NCBI GenBank assembly: GCA_045648525.1
Contig: JAZROC010000186.1
Coordinates: 1 to 42,262 of the forward strand
From: Clostridia bacterium
GTDB lineage: Bacteria > Bacillota > Clostridia > Christensenellales > QALW01
Reading direction: 5' to 3'
Length of the DNA stretch: 42,262 nucleotides
Each line of letters opens with the position of its first letter. The stretch's first letter is position 1. The position numbers and the translations under genes were made by a program. The notes below the pieces were generated by a model. It saw only the letters and a list, made by a program, of their open reading frames with translations, was not told the origin of the DNA and ran no database searches. Positions 10,564-21,000 of the stretch are shown here, piece after piece.

Positions 10564-11481
10564 TTAAATGATATTTTTGGCGAAATCTTCCGCATCAAAG
10601 GGACGGAGGTCATCAATGCCCTCGCCTACCCCGATATACATAATCGGAATATTCATTTCTTTAGCGATTGCAACTGCAACACCGCCTTTCGCAGTACCGT
10701 CAAGCTTATTTAAAATAATGCCGTCAATACCAACTGCTTCGGAAAATCCTTTTGCCTGCATTAATGCATTCTGTCCCGTAGTCGCATCAAGAACGAGCAT
10801 ATTCTGTCTTGTTGCTTCAGGATATCTTTGTGAAATAATTCTTCCGATTTTTGAAAGTTCATCCATAAGATTTTTCTTATTATGAAGTCTGCCTGCAGTA
10901 TCGCAAATAAGAACGTCAATTTTCTTTGCTTTTGCACTTTCGATAGCATCGTAGACAACTGATGAAGGATCGGCACCTTCTGCGCCTTTTATAATAAGCG
11001 CACCGCTTCTTTGTGCCCATTCATCAAGTTGCTGGACTGCCGCCGCCCTGAAAGTATCTGCCGCGGCAACCATAACCGATTTGCCTTCCTTTATATAATA
11101 GTTGGCAATTTTTCCGATAGCTGTTGTTTTACCCACACCGTTAACACCTGTAACAAGCATTAGCAAGGGAAACTGTGTTTCAACCTTTTTCATTGAAGAC
11201 AAAATCGAAGAAATGCTTTCCCTTAAATAGCCGTAAATAAGTTCGGTATTTCCCGTTTTTTCCTCTTTTACCCTGCTCTTAAGCTCATTTAATATGGCTT
11301 CAGTTGCACTGACACCGATATCTGCAGAAATAAGAATCATTTCAAGTTCTTCAAAAAATTCATCATCAATTTCTTTATAATACTTGATTAAATCCTCTAT
11401 TTTTGAAGAAATATTTTCTTTTGTCTTCTGAAGACCGCCTTTTAACTTTGAAAGCCAGCCTTCTTTTCCGAATAAACCCAT
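10564..11481 (-). CDS. ftsY: Signal recognition particle receptor FtsY
   Basis: 305 aa with a short N-terminal region and an NG domain (GVNGVGKTT, DTAGR, NKLD). Confidence 0.95.
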   Translation of the reverse strand: MGLFGKEGWLSKLKGGLQKTKENISSKIEDLIKYYKEIDDEFFEELEMILISADIGVSATEAILNELKSRVKEEKTGNTELIYGYLRESISSILSSMKKVETQFPLLMLVTGVNGVGKTTAIGKIANYYIKEGKSVMVAAADTFRAAAVQQLDEWAQRSGALIIKGAEGADPSSVVYDAIESAKAKKIDVLICDTAGRLHNKKNLMDELSKIGRIISQRYPEATRQNMLVLDATTGQNALMQAKGFSEAVGIDGIILNKLDGTAKGGVAVAIAKEMNIPIMYIGVGEGIDDLRPFDAEDFAKNII

Positions 11482-11490
11482 AAAAACTCC

Positions 11491-14400
11491 TTAAGTAAGT
11501 TTTACTGAAACTATTTTTGAAACGCCCTTTTCTTCCATTGCTACACCATAAAGACTATCTGCTTCCTCCATTGTGGGCTTACGGTGAGTAATAACAATGA
11601 ACTGGGTATTTTGTGAGAATTTTCTCAGATACGTTGCAAAATTGCCAACGTTTGCTTCGTCAAGTGCCGCCTCAATTTCGTCTAAAATACAGAACGGAGT
11701 AGGCTTTAATTTAAGCATTGCAAATAAAATTGCAATAGCCGTCAATGCCCTTTCGCCACCTGAAAGCAAGCTTAATAACTGCAAACTCTTTCCCGGAGGT
11801 TGTGCAACAATTTCAATATCAGCTTCAAGCGAATTTTCCCCGTCCTGAAGTTTTAATTCTGCCTTACCACCGCCAAAAAGTTCGCTGAACGTTTTGGTAA
11901 AGTGCTTATTGATAAGTTCAAACTGTTCTTTAAACTGTTTGTCCATCTTTTTGGTAAGTTCTTCAATTATCTGTCTTAAATCTTCTGCGGCTTTTTCAAG
12001 GTCATCACGTTGACTTGAAAGGTCGTCAAAACGTTCTTTTGTTTCAACGTATTCTTCAATTGCGTTAACGTTTACGTGTCCTAAAGCATTTATTGACTTT
12101 TTAAGACGATTAATTTCCGTCTGTGCACCGGTCTGCTTGAAATCAGGGTCGCGGAACTCTTCTGCAGTTGCCTGAGTAAGTTCATATTCTTCCCAAATTC
12201 TGTTTTCAAGATATGATAAATCATTATCTACTTTTGTAACGGCAAGTTCAACCTTGTGTCTTCTTTCGCCTGCATCATAGATTTCCTGTTCAAACCTGCG
12301 GCGCTTTTCTTCGTTTTCCTTTAAAAGCGCATTTATATTTTCGCGATTTGCTTCTTCATTCTTTTCAAGGTTCTGAACATCAAGAAGTTCGTTTTGCATA
12401 CTTCCTGTTTTGGAAATTGCATCTTCTTTTTCCTTCTTTGCTTCCTCAAGTTGTTTTTCAAGTTTAATGCCTTCAGCAAGAAGTTTTACTTTTGCTTCTT
12501 CAAGATTTTCGATAAGCTCACCCATACGCTGTGCATTGTTAACTATTGCATCAAGCTCTTTTTCAAGGCCTGCGCACTCAATTCTTGCATCGGTAAGTTT
12601 TTCGTTAAGCTTTTCCTTTTCGAGCTGTTTTTTATTATATTCAGACTGACGGGCACTTATACTTGCCTGACTTTCAGTATTTGAATTTTCAAAATTGCCC
12701 TGCATAGCATTGATATTTTCAAGCTCTGCATCAATTTCCGAAAGCGTATCGTTAAGTTGTTCTTCTTCGTTTTTAAGCTCGTTTTCAGAATCAATACTTG
12801 CCTGCATATCTGATTTTAACTTATTAAGCTTTTCGATATCGTGAGCAAATTTGATGTCAAGCCCATGAAGTTTTTCATCTGTCGCATTGACTTTTTCTTC
12901 AAAACCTGCATACTGCTTTTCAAAATTATTAACGATATCTTCAATACGTGCAATTTCTTTATTTTTATCACTGATAAAGCTGTTAAGTTCTTCAATTTCG
13001 CGCTCTCTGCCCAAAATACTGGTAGTTTTCTGTCTCTGGCTACCGCCTGACATTGAACCGCCTGCATTCATAACGTCGCCTTTTAAAGTAACGACTTTAA
13101 GTGAATGTTTGCACGCACGCTGAATGGAAATACCTGTATCGAGGTCATCACAAATGATGGTTCTGCCTAAAAGATTGCCAATAATTTCGGCATATTTATT
13201 ATCATATGTAATAAGTTCGCTTGCAACGCCAAAGGAACCCGAAATTTTTGATGCCTGAATTTCCCTCTGATCCATTTCTCTTGCGCGGATTGCCGAAACA
13301 GGCAGGAACGTTGCACGGCCTGAATCAGTTTTACGCAAAAATTCAATTAACGCTTTTGCATCTTCTTCGGTAGGCGTTACAATATTCTGCATTGCAGAAC
13401 CCAATGCCGCTTCAATAGCAACTTCATACTTTTCAGGAACAGAAATAAGTTGCGCAATTACACCGCAAATGTGGGATTTTATTTCCAAATCCTGCTCACT
13501 TTTCTGCAAAAGACGTTTTACGGAGAAATTGAAGCCTTCGTGGTCACGCTTAAGCTCTTCCAGTACCTTTAACCTTGATTGCGCACCATTAAGTTCCTGC
13601 TTGATATTTAAAAGGTTGGCGGAAGCATTATCCCTTTCAATATAAAGCTGCTGCCACTGTTGTTTTAACTGCTCTTTTTCATTTAAAAGGGCAGATTTTT
13701 CTCTGTCATATTCTTCCGTATCGGAAAGTTGTTCCTTTAAAGCTTCATCAATGCTTGTGCGCTGAAGACGTATCTGTTCAGCCATAAGTGAAATTTTTTC
13801 CTTACGCTGTGAAACACTTGTCTTCATTGCTTCATAACGGCTTAAATTTGATTTAACGTCTGAAAGCTTGTTGATATTTGAAATCATTTCTGCCTTCAAC
13901 TTTTCAAGCTCTTGACTTTCTTGTAAAAGGCTTGCTTCTCTATTTGAAACGTCCTCTTCCAGAGTTTTGATTTCTGCCTGTTTTTCTTCTATTGCCTTGC
14001 GTTTTTCTTCTTCTACGCCAGTATCACCATTTATGGCATCTTCCATTGACTTCTTGCGTTTTTCATTACTGTCAAGCTCGTTATTAACACGCTCAATGCC
14101 TGATAAAATGTTTTGAATTCTTTCATCAAGAACGCTTATATGACCTGAAAGATTTTCATTGCCTGCAGTAAGCTCAAGAAGTTTTTGGCGAATTTCACTT
14201 AATTCTGCTTCTTTTTCGTTAAGCTGACCTTCAAGAATTTCATTTTCGGCAACAAGTTTTTCAACGTGTTCAGTTTTTTCTTGTCTTTCCTGGTCGATAC
14301 CCTCTAATTGCTGATTATATTGCTTGCGTCTTTCAACTGCAAGCTCATTCTGGATAAGGTAGAAATTAACTTCAATACTGCGTAATTGTTCACGAAGTTG

Positions 14401-15048
14401 AAGATATTCCTTTGCTGTTTCTGCCTGTTGACTTAAAGGTTCAATTCGTTCTTCAAGAGTGTCAATAATATCATTTATACGCATAAGATTATCAGAGGTG
14501 TGCTGAAGCTTGCGTTCAGACTCCTCTTTTCTTGTCTTATATTTTACGATACCTGCCGCTTCTTCAAAAACTGCACGGCGCACATCCTGTTTTGCAGACA
14601 AAATATTTTCAATTTTACCCTGACCGACAATGGAATAACCTTCTTTACCTATACCTGTATCCTGAAAAAGTGTGATTATATCCTTTAATCTACAACCTGC
14701 ACGGTTTATGTAATATTCACTTTCACCGCTACGGTAAAGACGGCGGGTAATAACAACCTCTGAATATTCAATTTCAAGACCCTTGTCTTCATTATCGAAA
14801 ACAAGTGAAACTTCACAATACGAAAGAGGTTTTCTGCTTTCAGTACCTTTGAAAATAACGTCAGCCATATTTGCACCGCGAAGCTGTTTTGCGCTTTGTT
14901 CGCCTAAAACCCAGCGCACAGCATCACTTACGTTACTTTTGCCGCTACCGTTAGGTCCTACAATCGCTGTTATGCCGTTAGAAAAGCTGATATCAACACG
15001 CTCGGCAAATGATTTAAAGCCGAACACTTCCAATCTCTTTAGAAACAT
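11491..15048 (-). CDS. smc: Chromosome partition protein SMC
   Basis: 1185 aa with N-terminal Walker A GPNGSGKSN, long coiled coils, a hinge (GVIAQLISVPEKYEVAIEAALG), and the C-terminal signature LSGGERALTAIA plus Walker B CILDEIEAALD. Confidence 0.97.
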   Translation of the reverse strand: MFLKRLEVFGFKSFAERVDISFSNGITAIVGPNGSGKSNVSDAVRWVLGEQSAKQLRGANMADVIFKGTESRKPLSYCEVSLVFDNEDKGLEIEYSEVVITRRLYRSGESEYYINRAGCRLKDIITLFQDTGIGKEGYSIVGQGKIENILSAKQDVRRAVFEEAAGIVKYKTRKEESERKLQHTSDNLMRINDIIDTLEERIEPLSQQAETAKEYLQLREQLRSIEVNFYLIQNELAVERRKQYNQQLEGIDQERQEKTEHVEKLVAENEILEGQLNEKEAELSEIRQKLLELTAGNENLSGHISVLDERIQNILSGIERVNNELDSNEKRKKSMEDAINGDTGVEEEKRKAIEEKQAEIKTLEEDVSNREASLLQESQELEKLKAEMISNINKLSDVKSNLSRYEAMKTSVSQRKEKISLMAEQIRLQRTSIDEALKEQLSDTEEYDREKSALLNEKEQLKQQWQQLYIERDNASANLLNIKQELNGAQSRLKVLEELKRDHEGFNFSVKRLLQKSEQDLEIKSHICGVIAQLISVPEKYEVAIEAALGSAMQNIVTPTEEDAKALIEFLRKTDSGRATFLPVSAIRAREMDQREIQASKISGSFGVASELITYDNKYAEIIGNLLGRTIICDDLDTGISIQRACKHSLKVVTLKGDVMNAGGSMSGGSQRQKTTSILGREREIEELNSFISDKNKEIARIEDIVNNFEKQYAGFEEKVNATDEKLHGLDIKFAHDIEKLNKLKSDMQASIDSENELKNEEEQLNDTLSEIDAELENINAMQGNFENSNTESQASISARQSEYNKKQLEKEKLNEKLTDARIECAGLEKELDAIVNNAQRMGELIENLEEAKVKLLAEGIKLEKQLEEAKKEKEDAISKTGSMQNELLDVQNLEKNEEANRENINALLKENEEKRRRFEQEIYDAGERRHKVELAVTKVDNDLSYLENRIWEEYELTQATAEEFRDPDFKQTGAQTEINRLKKSINALGHVNVNAIEEYVETKERFDDLSSQRDDLEKAAEDLRQIIEELTKKMDKQFKEQFELINKHFTKTFSELFGGGKAELKLQDGENSLEADIEIVAQPPGKSLQLLSLLSGGERALTAIAILFAMLKLKPTPFCILDEIEAALDEANVGNFATYLRKFSQNTQFIVITHRKPTMEEADSLYGVAMEEKGVSKIVSVKLT

Positions 15049-15061
15049 GAGTCCTCCAAAG

Positions 15062-15727
15062 TTATTTTTTTATTTTATCTAATGCTTCTTTTGCTGCCGC
15101 TTGTTCAGCGCGCTTTTTACTTGTGCCCGTACCAGTGCCTAAAACTTTACCGTTACACAAAACCTGCGAGGTAAACGTTGCGTTATGGGAGGGACCTACC
15201 ATTGAAAGAAGCTTGTATTCAACGTTAACGTTGCCGTTGCGGAACAAATATTCCTGCAACGCTGTTTTATAGTCAGACGGTCTTTCCTTTGGGTCTTTTA
15301 AAGTTTCATCCAATACAGAAAGAATAACCTTTTCTGCTTCAAAAAATCCGCCGTCAAGATATACTGCCGCAAAAAGCGATTCAAGTGTATCTGACAAAAC
15401 ACTTGGCTTGTTTGCACCGCCTGATGCCTTTTCCCCCGTACCTAAAAGAACATGGTTATAAAGCTCAATACGCTCTGCTGCGCTTGATAAGGGTTCTTCC
15501 GATACGATTGAAGCGCGAAGCCTTGTAAGCCTGCCTTCATCATAATCGGGCAATTTATGATATATATAATTGCTTACAACGTTTTCAAGAACCGCATCAC
15601 CCAAAAACTCAAGACGCTGATTATGTTTTACATTATGTTCAGCGCCGTATGAGCAATGTGTAAGCGCAAGTTTTAAAAGTTCTTTATCTTTAAAGACATA
15701 TCCTATTTTTTCTTCTAAATCTCTCAT
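15062..15727 (-). CDS. rnc: Ribonuclease III
   Basis: 221 aa with the RNase III signature NQRLEFLGDAVL and a C-terminal dsRBD (GPSHNATF..., KKRAEQAAAKEAL). Confidence 0.95.
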   Translation of the reverse strand: MRDLEEKIGYVFKDKELLKLALTHCSYGAEHNVKHNQRLEFLGDAVLENVVSNYIYHKLPDYDEGRLTRLRASIVSEEPLSSAAERIELYNHVLLGTGEKASGGANKPSVLSDTLESLFAAVYLDGGFFEAEKVILSVLDETLKDPKERPSDYKTALQEYLFRNGNVNVEYKLLSMVGPSHNATFTSQVLCNGKVLGTGTGTSKKRAEQAAAKEALDKIKK

Positions 15728-15739
15728 AAAACTGCATAA

Positions 15740-15766
15740 GCACAGGCTCTTTTTTTGAGCCTGTGC
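15740..15766 (-). promoter_or_regulatory. Perfect 10-bp GC-rich stem-loop in the acpP-rnc spacer (attenuator or RNA-processing element)
   Basis: Minus strand reads GCACAGGCTC-AAAAAAA-GAGCCTGTGC, then TTATGCAGTTTT, then the rnc ATG. The U-tract is weak, and no SD lies between the hairpin and the ATG. Confidence 0.5.
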
Positions 15767-15778
15767 ATCACTTCAGAA

Positions 15779-16006
15779 TCAGTTCTTTTTTGAACCTATG
15801 TACTTAACAATATCGCCTACGGTTTTAAGATTTTCCATCTCATCCTCTTCGATTTCAATGCCGTAGTTTTCTTCAACCTCAAGCAAAAGTGTAGCGATGT
15901 CCATTGAATCTGCCTTAAGGTCCTGAATAAGATCGCTTGATTCGGTGATAGTGCTTGCGTCAACACCTAAAAGCTCTGCTATCTGATTTTTTACTTCTTC
16001 AAACAT
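15779..16006 (-). CDS. acpP: Acyl carrier protein
   Basis: 75 aa with the phosphopantetheine attachment motif LKADSMDIATL. Confidence 0.95.
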   Translation of the reverse strand: MFEEVKNQIAELLGVDASTITESSDLIQDLKADSMDIATLLLEVEENYGIEIEEDEMENLKTVGDIVKYIGSKKN

Positions 16007-16042
16007 TGTTTTTTCCTCCTAAAAAATAAATATAAAGACGAT

Positions 16043-17047
16043 TTATTCATTAACGGTCATATTGGGAATGTTTTCTTTGATAACACCCACAACGTCCGCC
16101 TGAACCATTTTTATTGCCTGCATTATATTTGCGTGCATAGTATCTGACTTTGATGAGCCGTGACCCTTTATTACAACACCGTCAACACCCAAAAGAGGTG
16201 CGCCGCCATAAGCGTTGTAGTCCATTGCTTTTTTAAGGTCTTTTAATGCAGGTTTAAGTAGTAATGCACCGATTTTTGTTCTTAAAGAGGACATAAAGCT
16301 CTTCTTCATTGTGCCTATCATAAACGAAGCAAAGCCTTCCATTCCCTTAAGCATAAGATTGCCCGCAAAACCGTCGGCAACCATAACATCAACCTTATCA
16401 ACAAGGTCTCTGCCCTCGGCATTACCGATAAAATTAACTAAATTCTGTTCTTTTATAAGCTCAAAAGATGCTTTTGTAAGTTCATTGCCCTTAGTATCTT
16501 CAGTTCCAACGTTGGCAAGACCAACTCTTGGATTTTCAACACCGAGAACTTTTTCCATATAGATACTGCCCATTACTGCAAACTGAGCAAGGTTTATCGG
16601 CTTACAGTCCATATTTGCACCACAGTCAATAAGCATTGCGCCTTTTTTTCCGTTTGGTAATACCGGAGCAAGAGCAGGACGGTTTATACCCTTTATTCTT
16701 CCAAGGCGAAGTTGCGCACAAGCAAGACAGGCACCCGTTGAACCGCAAGTGATAAAGGCATCACCCTTTTTTTCTTTCAAAAGCAACTGTCCTACAACCA
16801 TTGAAGAATCCTTCTTCTTTCTGATTGCTTCAACGGGATGTTCTTCCATTGAAATAACTTCAGTTGCATTTACAATTTCAACTTTTTCCTTATCAAAGGT
16901 GTATTTTGAAAGTTCTTCCTGAATTTTCTCTTCCTGACCGCAGAAAATAACTGAAAAATCGTTGCGCTCATTTAAAGTTTCAATGGTACCTTTAACTATT
17001 TCGTATGGGGCGTTATCTCCACCCATTGCATCTATAATAAGTTTCAT
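16043..17047 (-). CDS. plsX: Phosphate acyltransferase PlsX
   Basis: MKLIIDAMGGDNAP... is the canonical PlsX N-terminus. I set the start at ATG 17047. Its SD AGGTGA overlaps the pfkA stop, and the track's GTG at 17056 lies inside that SD. Confidence 0.95.
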   Translation of the reverse strand: MKLIIDAMGGDNAPYEIVKGTIETLNERNDFSVIFCGQEEKIQEELSKYTFDKEKVEIVNATEVISMEEHPVEAIRKKKDSSMVVGQLLLKEKKGDAFITCGSTGACLACAQLRLGRIKGINRPALAPVLPNGKKGAMLIDCGANMDCKPINLAQFAVMGSIYMEKVLGVENPRVGLANVGTEDTKGNELTKASFELIKEQNLVNFIGNAEGRDLVDKVDVMVADGFAGNLMLKGMEGFASFMIGTMKKSFMSSLRTKIGALLLKPALKDLKKAMDYNAYGGAPLLGVDGVVIKGHGSSKSDTMHANIMQAIKMVQADVVGVIKENIPNMTVNE

Positions 17048-17052
17048 TTTTA

Positions 17053-18018
17053 TCACCTTGAAAGAATTTCTGCGATATCGTAAAGTTCTTTATCAAATTC
17101 TTTTGTCATTGAACATGCTTCAATAATGTCCATATCAAAGAGTTTCTTGTTCTTTGTACCTACGCATCTGCCACCTATGCCCTGCTTAACAAGGTTGATT
17201 GCATATGCACCGAAACGGCTCGCAAGCAAAACGTCACTTGCGCTGGGTGAACCGCCACGCTGAATGTAGCCAAGAACGGTTGTTCTCGTATCCATTGAGG
17301 TTCTCTTCTTAATTTCTTCAGCAAGAGCCGCGCCTTTTGCCGCACCTTCTGCAACAACTACGATGCTTGAGGTTTTGCCTGATGCTTTGCTTTGTTCAAG
17401 TTTTTGGCAAAGTTCTTCAATAGTCCAATTAAGTTCAGGAACGATAATATATTCAGCACCACCGCAAAGACCTGCGTAAAGAGCAATATCACCGCATCTG
17501 TTACCCATAACCTCTATAATACTTACTCGATCGTGGCTTGCCATAGTATCACGGATTTTCGTAATGGCATCAAGCACGGTATTTACTGCCGTATCAAAAC
17601 CTAAAGTATAGTCAGTATATGCAAGGTCATTATCAATAGTACCGGGAATACCGATAGCGGGAATTCCTAACTGTGTAAGTGCCTTACAGCCTCTGAATGA
17701 ACCGTCACCACCGATAACTACAACACCGCAGATATTGTTCTTCTTAATATTCTCAAGGGCGATTTTCTGTCCTTCTTCAGTTTTGAACTCAAGACAACGT
17801 GCAGTACGTAAAATCGTACCGCCACGATTGATGATATTACCAACGGAACGGTTATCCATAGGTATCATTTCGTTTGTTATAAGACCGTTATAGCCTTTTA
17901 TAACACCAACCATCTCAAAGCCTGCAGCAATACCGTTACGAACGATTGAACGTATGCAGGCGTTCATTCCGGGTGCGTCACCACCACTTGTGAGAACTGC
18001 TATTCTTTTCTTTTCCAT
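17053..18018 (-). CDS. pfkA: ATP-dependent 6-phosphofructokinase
   Basis: 321 aa with RIAVLTSGGDAPGMNA, IGGDGS, PGTIDND and MGR-type motifs. Confidence 0.95.
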   Translation of the reverse strand: MEKKRIAVLTSGGDAPGMNACIRSIVRNGIAAGFEMVGVIKGYNGLITNEMIPMDNRSVGNIINRGGTILRTARCLEFKTEEGQKIALENIKKNNICGVVVIGGDGSFRGCKALTQLGIPAIGIPGTIDNDLAYTDYTLGFDTAVNTVLDAITKIRDTMASHDRVSIIEVMGNRCGDIALYAGLCGGAEYIIVPELNWTIEELCQKLEQSKASGKTSSIVVVAEGAAKGAALAEEIKKRTSMDTRTTVLGYIQRGGSPSASDVLLASRFGAYAINLVKQGIGGRCVGTKNKKLFDMDIIEACSMTKEFDKELYDIAEILSR

Positions 18019-18053
18019 TTTTTGCGTACTCCTTAATATTATCCGAATAATTT

Positions 18054-18082
18054 ATTATATCATTTTTATCTTTATTTGGCTA
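18054..18082 (-). promoter_or_regulatory. Possible internal promoter for pfkA
   Basis: Minus strand has a weak -35 TAGCCA (18082-18077), a 17-nt spacer, then TGa-TATAAT (-10 at 18059-18054). Confidence 0.35.
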
Positions 18083-18091
18083 CATTTTAAT

Positions 18092-21000
18092 TTATTTTTT
18101 TAAAATTTTGATATTTTCTTCGCCAAACATACCTTTTAAAACGTTTATTATGTCATCGTCATATCTTATTCTTACGCCAAGTTCTTCTTTAAGACGCTCA
18201 TTTTCATAATACAGAATAATTTTCGCTTTTCCCTTTATATCATTGACCATTACGCGAAGTTGACCTATACCTGAATTATCTCTTTCCTTAATTCTAACCC
18301 ATACTTCAACTTCGGCAGTTTCATCATCTTCAACTGCAGGCATAACGTTGTTAATTAAGATTGTAGGTTGTTCTTCATCGCGAATACTTAATTTACCCAT
18401 AACCGTTACGATGTTATCTTCATAAATGAATTTTCCGCATTTCTGAAGAGCTTGTGGGAAAACGAGGCACGTTATTGATGAATACAAATCCTCTATTGTA
18501 ACAAAAGCCATCATTGAACCGCTTTTTGTTGCCTTTTTCCTGATTGACGTAATTATACCGATAAACTTTACGTCTTTATTATCAAGGCGCATCATTTCAT
18601 CGGAAATTATGCTTTCACCGCTTTCATCAATTTCAACGCGTATTTCTGACAGATTGAAGCCAATTTCCTTAACTTGTTTTGTATATCTTTCCAACGGATG
18701 ACCGCTTAAATATACACCAAGCATTTCTTTTTCAAGCGCAAGGAACTGTAGACGCGGATATTCTCCGATTTCGCGGATTGATTGCACCTGAACTTCCTGT
18801 GCAATGTTAAGGTCATCGAACAATGAAAGCTGACCTTCAAGGCTATTTTTCGCTCTGTTTGCCGCACCATCAAGAACAGCTTCATAGCCGCCTAAAAGTG
18901 CTCTTCGCGAATAAGAAGTAAAATCAAAAGCACCTGCTTTTATCATACTTTCAACCATTCGTTTATTAACGTCAGACATATGCACCGTGCGCGTAGCAAA
19001 ATCATCAAGGGATGTGAACACACCATTTTTTATCCGTTCATCAACTATTGATTTTACACCTGAAATTCCAACGTTTTTTATGGCACTTAAACCAAAGCGG
19101 ATAGAATCGGCTCCAACGGGCGAAAAACCCGAAAGACTTGTATTTACATCAGGCGGAAGCACCTTAATATTATGGTCACGACAATAGCCGATATAACGTG
19201 CAGTTTTATCTTCATCACCTAAAAGTGAGTTGAGCATTGCCGCCATAAATTCCAAAGGATAATAACACTTTAAATATGCCGTCTGATAAGCAACCACTGC
19301 ATATGCCGCGGCATGAGATTTATTAAAAGCATACTGTGCAAAAACTGCAATTTTATCAAATATTGCGTTTGCGGTTTCTTCATCAATACCGTTTCTGACT
19401 GCACCGGGAACGGTGATTTTGCCCTCTTCTTCAAGACCGTGAATAAAGACCTGTCGTTCAAATTCCATTGCCTTTTGGTCTTTTTTACTCATTGCACGAC
19501 GCATTATATCACTTCTGCCCAATGAGTAGCCTGCAACGTCGCGAACTATCTGCATAACCTGTTCCTGATAAACCATACAACCGTAGGTAACTTCAAGAAC
19601 GTTTTTCATTATGGGATGCTGATATTCAACCTGTTCAGGATTTTCTTTACCGAAAATATATTTAGGAATACTGTCCATAGGGCCCGGACGATAAAGTGCG
19701 ATACCTGCCACTATATCTTCAAAGCAAGACGGTTTAAGTTCTTTCATAAAGGCACGCATACCGTTGCTTTCAAGCTGGAATATACCGTCGCACTCGCCCA
19801 TACCTATAATTTTATATACGTTCTGGTCATCAAAACTTATTGATGAAAGATCAGGTTTTTCGCCCGTTCGTGCCTTAATGAAATCAAGAGTATCGCGGAT
19901 AACGGTAAGGGTGCGCAAGCCCAAAAAGTCCATTTTCAAAAGACCTAATTGTTCAAGATATTTTGCAACGTACTGCGTTGCAACCATATCACCGTTTACG
20001 CACAACGGCACGTAAGTATCAACGGGATTTTTTGATATAACAACGCCTGCGGCGTGTGTTGATGAGTTTCGCGGAAGTCCTTCCAACTGTTTTGCAAAGA
20101 AAATTAATTTTTCTATTTGCGGTTCAAGACATGCGTCGCGTAATTCAGGATTTACCTGAAGTGCGCGGTCGATAGTTACGTCAAGTTCTCTGGGAATCAT
20201 TTTTGCTATTTTATCAACGTCGGCATAAGGAAGATTCATAACTCTGCCTACGTCGCGAATAACTGCACGGGCTTTCATTGTACCGAAAGTTGCTATCTGT
20301 GCAACGTGGTCGGCACCGTATTTACGTTTAACGTATTCGATAACCTCTCCCCTGCGTTCAAAGCAGAAGTCAACGTCAAAGTCAGGCATACTTACACGTT
20401 CAGGATTAAGGAAACGTTCAAAAAGCAAATTATATTTTAATGGGTCAATATTAGTTATGCCGATAGCGTAGGCAACAAGGCTTCCTGCACCTGAACCACG
20501 ACCGGGACCAACTATAATATCAACACTTTTGGCATAATTGATATAATCCCACACGATAAGATAATATTCAACGTAGCCCATTCGCTTTATCATATTATAT
20601 TCATAATCAAAGCGTTCTTGTATTTCATTGGTTATTGACGGATACTTTTTTTGTAATCCCTCCATACCCAATTTATATAAATATTCCGCCGCAGTAAGTC
20701 CGTCAGGCACTTCATAATACGGAATATGAATATTTCCAAACTCAAAGTCAAAATTGCATTTCCGGGCAATTTCGACGGTATTTGATAAGGATTCAGGAAC
20801 GTTAGAGAAAATCTCAAACATTTCCTCTTCTGTTTTTAAATAAAATTCCTCTGTTGAAAACCTCATTCTGTCAGGGTCTTCGAGAATTTTGCCCGTTTGT
20901 ATGCAAAGAAGTACGTCGTGCATTTCTGCATCTTCTTTTTTTATATAGTGAACGTCGTTTGTTGCAACGAGAGGAAGTTCAAGTTCACGGGCAAGCTTTA

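Noticed and set aside
12394-13123. Plus-strand ORFs antisense to smc (12394..12684, 12410..12649, 12841..13050, 12887..13123; also 14500..14688 and 14783..15082)
   Set aside because: These are low-complexity F/S/L/K-rich translations that mirror the Glu/Lys/Leu-rich coiled-coil codons of smc. They have no SD and lie fully inside a confidently called gene.
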